Position numbers and translations under genes: made by a program. A stretch of DNA of 64,000 nucleotides from Bradymonadia bacterium. Lineage in GTDB: Bacteria > Myxococcota_A > Bradymonadia > UBA7976 > UBA1532. Positions 8,104 to 16,714 of this stretch are shown here, one piece after another; position 1 is the stretch's first letter, and every line of letters starts with the position of its first letter. The DNA is taken from contig JBKAGE010000037.1 of the NCBI GenBank assembly GCA_046290225.1, positions 192,001 to 256,000 of the forward strand, in the 5' to 3' direction. The notes under the pieces were generated by a model. The model had not been told where the DNA came from. It did no database searches and saw only the letters and a list, made by a program, of their open reading frames with translations.

Positions 8104-9987
8104 ATGGTCAAGTGCCCCAAATGCGGGACCCCTGCCCCCACGGAAGCCAACTTCTGCGGAATGTGTGGCAGCACTCTGCGCACGGATGAGCCTCCTGTCT
8201 CTCCACTCTCCCGAGCCACCCCTGTGCCCGGGCAGGCACCAGTGTCGCCGAGAGAGACCCGCAGCACTGTGATGATGGGCAGCCTGCCCGTCGGCGTGAA
8301 AGAGGCCAATACGCGCACATCCCGTCGCAGCAGCACCGAGCTGGGCCCCCCCAACTTGCTCGCTGAAGAGACGGCACCCTCGGAGCTCCTCGCGGAGGAA
8401 ACCCCTCTGGGCCCCCCGAACGCATTGGGCAAGGACACACTCTTCGACGGCAGCATCAAGCCGCCTCTCGAAGACGAGAGCGTGCTCGGCCCGACGATGA
8501 TTTTGTCGGAGGGGCAGAAAGCCCTCGAGTCGTCACCTCAAGAGGCCGCCCCTCAAGAGGTGTCGCCTCGAGACACTCTGGTGGCGCAGGCGTCACCTCT
8601 GGCGGTATCGCCTGCGGCAGATGCCCACGACGATGTCGCTCCAGAGCCGGCCACTGAAGAGACTCACATGCCCTCCGAAGCCGATGGGCCACCGGCAGAT
8701 GAGGCGGACACCTCAGCCGAGGCGGCAACATCAGAAGACGGCGTGGCAGAGAAGGCCATGATGGCCGAGCTGTCTGTGGCAGAGGCCCCTGTAGCCGAAG
8801 CTGGTGTAGCCGAAGCTGGTGTAGCCGAAACAGCTGTCGAGCCGGCGAGCAGTCCCTCTACGCCCGAGGATGCCCACCCTGCAGATGATGCCCCGGCAGA
8901 GGCAGAAGACGGCCCTCTGGACACAGCGGCAGAGCCCATGCCCGCAGTGCCGTCGGCGGCCACCCAGCTCGATGTCGTGGCGGCGAGCCTCCCCGAAGAG
9001 CACGGGCCGGGCGACACCACGCCTCGGGTCGAGGCCCCTCTCGAAGAGAACCCGACACTCGCCGAGATTGCTGCAGAGCCTGCGCCTGCATCTGCGCCAC
9101 AGGGCGTTGAAGACGAGCCCCCAGAAGATGCGCCCTCAAAAGATGCGCTGGGCCACGAGCCCACAGCCCCTCCAGAGGCCGCCATGGCCGAGGCGGCCTC
9201 ACCGGGCGAGGACACGGGCTCACGAGATGCTGTCGAGCCCGACACAGCTGAGCCTGACGAAGCAAAGGCCGATCCGGCAGAACCTGATGAGCCAGAATCT
9301 GATGAGATGGGGTCTGCTGGAGAAGATGTCGATGGGCAGGCACCCGAGACAGACACCCAGGCCACAGAGGCCGAGTCGAACGACAGCGGCATCCAAATGG
9401 GCACTCAGTTGCCCTCTCAGACTGATGTAGAGCCTGCCTGGGTCAAAGCTGAGGCAGAGTCCAGGCCTGCCCCGGCCACAGTGCCAGATGAGCCTGTGAT
9501 CCCTCAGCAAGAGTCTTCTGACGATGCGACAGAGGGCGAAGGATCTGATGCTCAGGTGTCTGGTGAGGCCGGCAACGACAGCACGGCCTCAGATGGCAGC
9601 CCCTCTGATGGCGAGCACGAGACTTCACAGGCAGATCCCTCGGAGGATGGCGAAGCAGCACCAGGGAAGGGCGGTCGTTTCCGAGAGACCTTGTGGTTCA
9701 TGGAGTCTCTCGATCCCGAGAACATGGCCGCCCACGACGGCGATGATCCCGAGGCCATCAACGCGCACTACGATCGCGAAAAAGAGAAGTCGGTGGACGA
9801 AGGCACCCGCCGTCAGTTCTCATTGCAGTCGAAAGAGCCCCCAACACAAACGCAGATGCACCGCGCCGTGAAGGCCCTCGAGTCCGAGCCTGAGGGCAAG
9901 CGCAGCAACCCCCTCGTGCCCGTGTTGATCCTGCTCGCTGCCGCTGGCATCGGCGTGGCGGTCTGGCTCATGACCCGCGGGGGCTGA
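8104..9987 (+). CDS. Zinc-ribbon protein with long acidic disordered region and C-terminal TM anchor
   Basis: CPKCG...FCGMCG at the N-terminus; E/A/P/D-rich linker; short motif FRETLWFM; C-terminal hydrophobic helix; AGGA RBS. Confidence 0.8.
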   Translation: MVKCPKCGTPAPTEANFCGMCGSTLRTDEPPVSPLSRATPVPGQAPVSPRETRSTVMMGSLPVGVKEANTRTSRRSSTELGPPNLLAEETAPSELLAEETPLGPPNALGKDTLFDGSIKPPLEDESVLGPTMILSEGQKALESSPQEAAPQEVSPRDTLVAQASPLAVSPAADAHDDVAPEPATEETHMPSEADGPPADEADTSAEAATSEDGVAEKAMMAELSVAEAPVAEAGVAEAGVAETAVEPASSPSTPEDAHPADDAPAEAEDGPLDTAAEPMPAVPSAATQLDVVAASLPEEHGPGDTTPRVEAPLEENPTLAEIAAEPAPASAPQGVEDEPPEDAPSKDALGHEPTAPPEAAMAEAASPGEDTGSRDAVEPDTAEPDEAKADPAEPDEPESDEMGSAGEDVDGQAPETDTQATEAESNDSGIQMGTQLPSQTDVEPAWVKAEAESRPAPATVPDEPVIPQQESSDDATEGEGSDAQVSGEAGNDSTASDGSPSDGEHETSQADPSEDGEAAPGKGGRFRETLWFMESLDPENMAAHDGDDPEAINAHYDREKEKSVDEGTRRQFSLQSKEPPTQTQMHRAVKALESEPEGKRSNPLVPVLILLAAAGIGVAVWLMTRGG

Positions 9988-9988
9988 C

Positions 9989-10438
9989 GTGAGGCCGTTG
10001 AAGCCACAACTGCTGCTCGCGCTGGTGCTCCTCACGGGTTGCCGCGACAGCCCCATCGAGGTCATCGAAGGGGCCAGCATCGCCGCCGCTGACGGCGATC
10101 AGTCGAACTTTCGATCGTACTTCAGCAATGGCACTGTGCAGCGTCTACGGCGCAAATGGGCCCTCACCGGTGAAACCCCGGAGGCACACTGGCGTCGGCT
10201 CGCCGAAGGGCTCACCTTCGGGCAGCGCTCATTTGCGGAAGATGGGGTGAAATTCGCCGGTGAGGCGATCCATGGGGAGTACGCCGAGGTGACCGTGTCC
10301 CTCGGCGCTGAGTCGAGATCGTATTATCTTCGAAAAGAAGATGGTGCCTGGCGCATCGATTTGGGCGCCGGACAGCGCTATCGTCTTGCAGCCCCCTCCA
10401 CGTCACCCGACGCCGGGGCCAAGAAGAGTCAAGAGTAG
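9989..10438 (+). CDS. Lipoprotein, hypothetical (NTF2/DUF4878-like C-terminus)
   Basis: Lipobox LLTGC; GEYAEVTV...LRKEDGAWRI pattern. Confidence 0.7.
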   Translation: MRPLKPQLLLALVLLTGCRDSPIEVIEGASIAAADGDQSNFRSYFSNGTVQRLRRKWALTGETPEAHWRRLAEGLTFGQRSFAEDGVKFAGEAIHGEYAEVTVSLGAESRSYYLRKEDGAWRIDLGAGQRYRLAAPSTSPDAGAKKSQE

Positions 10439-10460
10439 TCATGAGCCTTCAGGAGCAACC

Positions 10461-12023
10461 ATGATCACCGTCGCCGTCGCAGCCGCCGCTGCCGCCGTGG
10501 GTGGCGCCACCGTGATCGCCCTCGATCGCAAGCGCACGGCCGATCTTCGCGCCGACGCCGAGCGCACCCGAGGTGAGCGCATCGCCGAAGCCCAGGCAGA
10601 GGCAAAGCGTATTCAGGCGACGCATCTCGAAGACGCCCAGGGGCGACTCGAGTCCATGCAGGCCCGAAACACCGCCGACTTCGAGGCCTGGTCCAACACC
10701 CTCGACCAGGAAGAGGTCCGTCTGACACAGCGCAGCGAGACCCTGGAGCAGCGCGCAGAGCAGTTCGAAGCCCGAGAGGCGGAGCTGCAGACCCTCTTCG
10801 ATGACTTCAAGAGCCGTCGGGAGGCCCTCAAGACCTCTCGAGAGGCCCTCGAAGCCCAAGAAGCGCGCATCGAGGAGACCCTCGAGCGCCTCGCGGGCTC
10901 CACCCGACAGGACATCTCCGACAGCATCGGCGAGGAGATGGTGCAGCGTGCCCGCCTCGCTGGCCGTCGCCGCCTGCACGATGACGAGGCCCTCATCGTC
11001 GCTGCAGCAGAGCAGCGAGCCCGCCGGCTCATCGACGTGGCTGCTCAGCGGTATGGCTCCGCTCTCCCCGCGGACCGGCTGGTGTCCACGGTGAACCTGC
11101 CCTCCGACAAGGGGGCGCGGGGTCGCCTGCTCGCCGACAACCGGGCGCTGCTCTCGGCCCTCACCGAGGCCACCGAGGTGGAGTTCGTCACCACCGAAGA
11201 TCAGAACACGCTGTTCATGCAGGCCCCTGATCCCTTCACCCGGGAGATCGGGCGACTGTCGTTCAACCGCCTGGCCAAATCGAAACGCGCCTCCGACAAA
11301 GAGGTGATCAAGATCGTCAAGTCGGTGGACACGGAGCTGCACAACGTGGTGCGCAAGGCGGGCAAGCGCGCCGCCCGCATCTTGAAGCTCAAGAAGATGC
11401 ACCCCGAGATCTCCGAGCTCGTGGGCAAGCTGTTGTATCGCACCAGCTTCACGCAGAATCAGTGGCAGCACGCCATCGAGACGGCTTTCTTGTGCGGGAT
11501 GATGGCCGACGAGCTGGGGCTGCCGGTCATCGAGGCCCGCAGAGCGGCGCTGATCCACGACATCGGCAAGGTGCTCTGGGCAGAGACAGAGGCTGTGGGC
11601 AGCCACGCCGTGAGCGGCGCGGCCTTTGCCCGAGAGCGCGGTGAAGATCCGGCGATTTGCCACGCCATCGCCGCCCACCACGACGACGAGAAGCCCTCGA
11701 CGCCCCTGGCCCACCTCGTCGCCGCCGCCGACGCCCTGAGCGGCGCACGCCCCGGCGCTCGACGGGAGATGCTGGAGAGCTACACCCGCCGGGTGGATGA
11801 TCTCGAGCGCATCTCCTCCGACTTCCCAGGTGTCGAAAAAGCCTATGTGATTCAAGGTGGTCGCGAGCTGCGCCTCATCGTCGATCACCGCAAGGTGGAC
11901 GATCTCGCAGCGGCGACGCTCTCGTCGGAGGTGGCGCACCGCATCGAAGATGAATGCGTCTATCCAGGCCAGATCAAAGTCACCGTGATCCGAGAGACCA
12001 AGTTCAGCTACACCGCCCGCTGA
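10461..12023 (+). CDS. rny: Ribonuclease Y (HD-domain endoribonuclease), divergent KH domain
   Basis: N-terminal TM plus coiled coil; QNQWQHAIE, ALIHDIGK, AADALSGARPGARRE, IQGGRELR, YPGQIKVTVIRE; ATG 10461 after AGGAG. Confidence 0.9.
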   Translation: MITVAVAAAAAAVGGATVIALDRKRTADLRADAERTRGERIAEAQAEAKRIQATHLEDAQGRLESMQARNTADFEAWSNTLDQEEVRLTQRSETLEQRAEQFEAREAELQTLFDDFKSRREALKTSREALEAQEARIEETLERLAGSTRQDISDSIGEEMVQRARLAGRRRLHDDEALIVAAAEQRARRLIDVAAQRYGSALPADRLVSTVNLPSDKGARGRLLADNRALLSALTEATEVEFVTTEDQNTLFMQAPDPFTREIGRLSFNRLAKSKRASDKEVIKIVKSVDTELHNVVRKAGKRAARILKLKKMHPEISELVGKLLYRTSFTQNQWQHAIETAFLCGMMADELGLPVIEARRAALIHDIGKVLWAETEAVGSHAVSGAAFARERGEDPAICHAIAAHHDDEKPSTPLAHLVAAADALSGARPGARREMLESYTRRVDDLERISSDFPGVEKAYVIQGGRELRLIVDHRKVDDLAAATLSSEVAHRIEDECVYPGQIKVTVIRETKFSYTAR

Positions 12024-12125
12024 GGCCACGTCTTCAGATGGGGCTCTGAGGACCCGCAGGCTATACTCGAGGTCCCCATGTGCCGATCCTCCTTCCGAAT
12101 GCGGATTCCGCGCGGAGGGCAGACG

Positions 12126-13208
12126 GTGTCATCGACCCAAACCTCACGACAGCTCGACGATCGCTATGTGGTCGAGCGCGCCCTGGGCACTCAAGCCGAG
12201 GGTCGCTTCTTCCTCGGCGTCGACACCCATGCAGGGGGTCGTGTCACCATCTTTCTGCCCAATCTGGAGGGTCGCTCTCCAGGGGCGTTTCTCGAGGCGC
12301 TGACGCCGGAGCTGAAGCGCTGTGCCCCTCTGAAGGACACACCCTACTGTACGCTCGTCGACGCAGGCCTCACACGCCAGGGCGAGGCCTTCGTCGTGGT
12401 GGCTCGTCCGAGAGGACGCAGCCTCGCCGAGCACCTTCGGGTGGAGAGTCGACTCACGACGAGTCGGGCCCTCTCGGTGGGGATCCAGCTGTGTGATCTG
12501 GTCCGCCGCGCCCACGCCGCCATCATCTTCCCGGCCCCTCTCGATCCTGGCCATGTGATCCTCGACCCGCAATCGGGCGGTCGCTTCAGGGTCTCCCTGG
12601 TCGATCCGGGGTTGCAGCGTGGGGCCTACGATCTGGCCCTCGATCAGATCAGCGAGCTGGGCCGAGGTGCCACCCGCGGACCCCGAGACGACGTCTTCTC
12701 GCTCACAGCGCTCTTGCACCTGATGATTTTCGGGGTGAACCCGCCGCCCATGAGCGTGCACGGTCCCGCGGACGGCTCTGGCTGGATGGCGCTGCCGGAG
12801 ATCGGCCGCACGCTGGATCCTCGCCTCGAGGCCTGCCTGCACACAGTGTTGCTCAAGGGACTGGCCCCTGATCCCGGAGAGCGCTTTGCCCACGCCGAGG
12901 CGCTGCAGCGCGCCCTCACGGGCCTGCGACAGCTGATGTCGCTCTCGGCACCGGCCTTCGAGCTGCTCGCCGCGACGCGCGGGCGCCTGGGACGCCGGCC
13001 TGACCCCTTCGATCTCACTGCAGAGCAGCCTGAGCAGGCACGGGCCACCGAGGCCCGAGCGCTGATTCGTCAGGTGGCGTCGACGAGCCCCGGAAACGCC
13101 ACGAGCCTGGGGCGCATCTCGCAGACCTCCGAATCCCACCACGGATCGACCTCGGGGGAGGCGGCCAGCGATGAGCGATGGGCACCTTCGGATGGCCTCT
13201 ACCGCTGA
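12126..13208 (+). CDS. Ser/Thr protein kinase-like protein, probably a pseudokinase
   Basis: DRYVVERALG, LVDAG, DDVFSL, LLKGLAPDPGERF match the Hanks kinase fold; HRD/K region reads PAPLDPGHV and the beta-3 Lys is absent. GTG 12126 after GGAGG (track start 12078). Confidence 0.7.
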   Translation: MSSTQTSRQLDDRYVVERALGTQAEGRFFLGVDTHAGGRVTIFLPNLEGRSPGAFLEALTPELKRCAPLKDTPYCTLVDAGLTRQGEAFVVVARPRGRSLAEHLRVESRLTTSRALSVGIQLCDLVRRAHAAIIFPAPLDPGHVILDPQSGGRFRVSLVDPGLQRGAYDLALDQISELGRGATRGPRDDVFSLTALLHLMIFGVNPPPMSVHGPADGSGWMALPEIGRTLDPRLEACLHTVLLKGLAPDPGERFAHAEALQRALTGLRQLMSLSAPAFELLAATRGRLGRRPDPFDLTAEQPEQARATEARALIRQVASTSPGNATSLGRISQTSESHHGSTSGEAASDERWAPSDGLYR

Positions 13209-13315
13209 ACGGGACGAGGTTGCAGATCAAGGGGTCGCCCATGGCCTCTGCCCCACTCTTGCCTACAAAATCGAGCCAGATTTGGTTAGCCTGAGCACTC
13301 ATGGCGGCAGCATGT

Positions 13316-13338
13316 CCAGTGCACGGTGTGTGCACTGG
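13316..13338. promoter_or_regulatory. Perfect 9-5-9 inverted repeat upstream of the kinase gene (possible operator)
   Basis: CCAGTGCAC-GGTGT-GTGCACTGG in the 13209-13413 intergenic gap. Confidence 0.35.
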
Positions 13339-13413
13339 GTGCGGGCATCAACTCACTTCATCGCAGATCTGAGCAGGATCAGGCGGTGACGGTGCGGGCG
13401 GATTGAGGAAATT

Positions 13414-16400
13414 GTGGTCTTGAAGGTCATCAAATCACAACCGACAGGCGGCTCCGGCCCTTCGCCAAACCCCTCAGCAGAGGGTGAGCTGGCCGAAGGG
13501 TTCCTGATCGACAACCGCTATCAGATCCTCCGCCGCGCGAGCCGCTGGACTGTGGGCGACACCTACCTGGCTCACGATCTTCAGTTCAACGAGACGGTGG
13601 TCCTGGTGACCCCCGACTGCCCGCCTGGTCAAATCGCCGGCTTCCTTCAGCGCATGCGCATCGACGCCGAGCGTACCCGGCCGCTGCATCGCGGTCCTGT
13701 GGTGACGATCCGCGATACGGGCCTGCTCGGCAGCGGTCGCCCGTTCTTTACGCTGCGTCATGTGCCAGGCACGTCGCTCTGGCGGCACATCAAGAGCGAA
13801 GGCCCCCTGCCCACCGAGGTGGCGCTGCGACTCTTCGAAGCCCTGGCCCACCGCATCAAGCAGGCCCACGACATCGGGGTGTACCTCGGCGACATCCGCC
13901 CGGCGAACATCCTGCTGGTCGAAGGCGCTGACGGGGTGGCTCCGGAGATCATCGATCTGGGTTATGCCCGCGGGCTCTTCGAGGGGGTGCTCTCTTTGCC
14001 TGCGCCTTCTCCGGCTTACCGCTCACCTCAGCAGCGACGCCGCCTGCCCCTGAGCTCCGGCGACGACATCTACGCCCTCGGGGCAGTGCTCTACTTCATG
14101 CTCACCGCTCGACCGCCTCGGGCAGGCAACACGGAAGATCCCAACATCATGGTGGGTGCCGACATGGGCGAGGTGGTGACGCCACCTTCCAATGTGCGCT
14201 CTGATCTCGACTTCCCGATGTACGTCGATCAGGTGGTGCTCACGGCTCTGGCCACCCGACCTGAAGAACGCTACCGCACCATCAGCGACGTGGCCCACGG
14301 GGTCGAAGGTCTCATGGAGCTGTTCGCCCTGTCGCCGAAGGCCCGGGCGATGCTCTACAACGAGGGCAAAGAAGAAGAGACCACGATGGACGTGGCCCCT
14401 TCGTATCCCGCCACGACAGGGCGGGGACCTCAACAGGCGCCACATCAGCCGCAGCAGCACCGATCTCCTGCAGGCGATCCGCCGACGCAACCTGTCTTCC
14501 CGGCACCTCAACAGAGTCGAGATCCGCACACCGCGGTCTTCTCACGGGGTCCCGGAGGCCTCACGCCGGCAACAATGACGCCGGCAACAATGACGCCAGC
14601 ACCTGGCCATCAACCCAATGCGGCTCAACATCGACCAGGCTCGGGCACACGCCCCTTCGAGATGAACGAGCTCGCCCGACCCGCGACACCCTCCAGCCCC
14701 GGCGAAGACGTCTTTCAGTCCGTCAACGCCGCCTGGGAGCAGCAGGAGAGCGGCCACCGAGAGAGCCCTGGTCGCCAGGAAGTCTGGTCAGGCGGTGCGG
14801 CCTCGTCAGGGCAAGGGCAACACCACGATCCGCCGACGCGCCCCCTTCATCCGGCACAAGTGAGCGCAGCGCTTCAAGGATCCAATGGTGTCATGGGGCA
14901 CCCTTCGGGCATTCAGCCGATGATGCCCCGCATGCCCCAAGCTCCAGCGCCTGCCCCTGCCGCTCCACAGATGCCCGCAAGCATGCCGCCCAACGTAATG
15001 CCTGCTCCGGCACCAGAGCCGATGCCTCAGGCAGCACAACCTGAGGCGGCGATCCTGCCCAGTTTGCAGGAGATGGCGCTTGGGGCGGTCCCCGCTACGG
15101 AGCAGGTACCGGTCCACGAGCCGGTGCCTGATGATCACGCGCTCCAACTGGCACCGGCCAGGGGCCACTCCGCTTCGGAGAAGCTCCCCGATCGCGAAGA
15201 GCGAATCACCCGCGCCGGGCAAGATCCGTTCAGCGCTGATCCGCTTCGCCTCGAGTCGGAGCCTCTGGCGGCGAACGCCGTACCCTCACCACACCGCCAG
15301 CCCGAACGCCGGCAGCGCGTGGCCATGGGACTGGTGGCGGTGGCACTGCTCACCGCAGCGAGCCTCGGTGGTTTCCTCGTCATGAAGAAGTCCCGAGACA
15401 AAGATCAGTTCCTGCCACCGCCTGAGGCAGGGTCGATGACCGGGCAGAATCTGCCCGTCACGACGGCTTCGAACACGCCTCCTCTCTCTGATCCGAAGAA
15501 CCTGGCCGCAACGCCGAGCGCCCTCGCTGGTATGGATCCACTCGCGGATGCACAGAAGAATGGTGGAGCCGTCGCCGAGAATCCCGAGACGCCTCTCGAA
15601 GACGGCACGGATCCCAACGCCGAGACGCCCGTGGCTGCCGAGGACGATCGCACGGTCACCCTCGAGGTGGTGACTGATCCTGCCGGCGCCGAGGTGGTGG
15701 CGGTGGATACGAGCGAGCTGGTGTGCAAGCAGACGCCGTGCACCTTTGACCGCCCGAAGGAGGCCGCTGGCAACCTGGTGGTTCGGGTGTCGATGCAGGG
15801 CCGCGAGCCCATCGTGCGCCCACTCCCCCTCGAGAAAGACAACTCGTTCAAGCTGACGCTGGAGCCCATGGTGGCCAGCGCAGAGGCCTCACGGCCCAAA
15901 TCGCCCCGTCGCTCGAGCACCAAGGGCTCAAACACGCGCAAGACCGGTGTCGGCACAGTCTCGCAGTCGCCCTCGACGGCTCAGGTCGCAGCTCAGCCTC
16001 CGACGACCCCACCTACAGTGGCCAAGCCCGCAGGCGGGGATCCCTTCGGCTCGGACCCCTTTGGTGAAGATCCCTTTGGTGATCTGGGCTCCCCGACGCC
16101 GGCAGCCCCAACGAAGACAGCACCAACTGTGAAGAAGGCTGATCCGCCCAAGCCGACCCCAGCAGCCCCTGCCGATGATCCTTTCGGGGAAGATCCTTTC
16201 GGCTCGGATCCCTTTGGGGACTCAGCGCCTGCCAAGGCCGATCCGCCCAAGGTCACAACACCAGCCGCGAAGGCACCTGAGAAGAAGACGCCTGCGGCAA
16301 AGCCCCCTGCAAAGTCTGCTGATCCCTTCGGAGAGGATCCCTTCGGAGAGGATCCCTTCGGGGATGATCCTTTCGCAGGCTCGACGCCGACCAAGGCAGT

Positions 16401-16494
16401 GAAAAAGCCTGCGCCAAAACCCCCTGCGCCAAAACCCCCTGCGCCCAAGCCCGCAGACTCTGGCGACGATCTCTTCGCCAACCCCTTCGAGTAA
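13414..16494 (+). CDS. Membrane Ser/Thr kinase-like protein with PEGA-like domain and DPF-repeat tail
   Basis: Kinase fold (GDIRPANILL, IIDLGYA, YRSPQQ, DIYALGAVLYFMLT); Pro/Gln linker; TM near 15316-15385; VVTDPAGAEV...QTPC (PEGA-like); DPFG repeats. Confidence 0.85.
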   Translation: MVLKVIKSQPTGGSGPSPNPSAEGELAEGFLIDNRYQILRRASRWTVGDTYLAHDLQFNETVVLVTPDCPPGQIAGFLQRMRIDAERTRPLHRGPVVTIRDTGLLGSGRPFFTLRHVPGTSLWRHIKSEGPLPTEVALRLFEALAHRIKQAHDIGVYLGDIRPANILLVEGADGVAPEIIDLGYARGLFEGVLSLPAPSPAYRSPQQRRRLPLSSGDDIYALGAVLYFMLTARPPRAGNTEDPNIMVGADMGEVVTPPSNVRSDLDFPMYVDQVVLTALATRPEERYRTISDVAHGVEGLMELFALSPKARAMLYNEGKEEETTMDVAPSYPATTGRGPQQAPHQPQQHRSPAGDPPTQPVFPAPQQSRDPHTAVFSRGPGGLTPATMTPATMTPAPGHQPNAAQHRPGSGTRPFEMNELARPATPSSPGEDVFQSVNAAWEQQESGHRESPGRQEVWSGGAASSGQGQHHDPPTRPLHPAQVSAALQGSNGVMGHPSGIQPMMPRMPQAPAPAPAAPQMPASMPPNVMPAPAPEPMPQAAQPEAAILPSLQEMALGAVPATEQVPVHEPVPDDHALQLAPARGHSASEKLPDREERITRAGQDPFSADPLRLESEPLAANAVPSPHRQPERRQRVAMGLVAVALLTAASLGGFLVMKKSRDKDQFLPPPEAGSMTGQNLPVTTASNTPPLSDPKNLAATPSALAGMDPLADAQKNGGAVAENPETPLEDGTDPNAETPVAAEDDRTVTLEVVTDPAGAEVVAVDTSELVCKQTPCTFDRPKEAAGNLVVRVSMQGREPIVRPLPLEKDNSFKLTLEPMVASAEASRPKSPRRSSTKGSNTRKTGVGTVSQSPSTAQVAAQPPTTPPTVAKPAGGDPFGSDPFGEDPFGDLGSPTPAAPTKTAPTVKKADPPKPTPAAPADDPFGEDPFGSDPFGDSAPAKADPPKVTTPAAKAPEKKTPAAKPPAKSADPFGEDPFGEDPFGDDPFAGSTPTKAVKKPAPKPPAPKPPAPKPADSGDDLFANPFE
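16039..16374 (+). repeat. Coding 15-bp repeats encoding three clusters of DPFG(E/S/D), 10 DPF motifs in total
   Basis: GDPFGSDPFGEDPFGD, DDPFGEDPFGSDPFGD, ADPFGEDPFGEDPFGDDPFA. Confidence 0.9.
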
Positions 16495-16653
16495 GAGGTC
16501 CTAACATAACGGCGGACCGAGTCAGGGAGGTGAGGCGCGAGTGAGGCAGTCGAAAGACCCACAGGCGGGCCCAAAGGCCCGTCGAGGACACTTTCGGCTG
16601 CATCGCGAAGCGCATCGCGTTCCTGGCGATGGGAGCAGTTGTGTTAGGACCTC
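16495..16653. mobile_element. 159-bp MITE (non-autonomous IS-derived element, IS5/IS1031-like ends)
   Basis: Terminal inverted repeats GAGGTCCTAACATAAC and GTTGTGTTAGGACCTC (15/16 match); TAA on both flanks (16492-94 and 16654-56); internal nested hairpins; no transposase. Confidence 0.8.
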
Positions 16654-16714
16654 TAAGATCCCGAAACAGTACAGCGACGGCCCGGCGAAGCCTCTTCGAC
16701 CTGATGCGTGCGCA

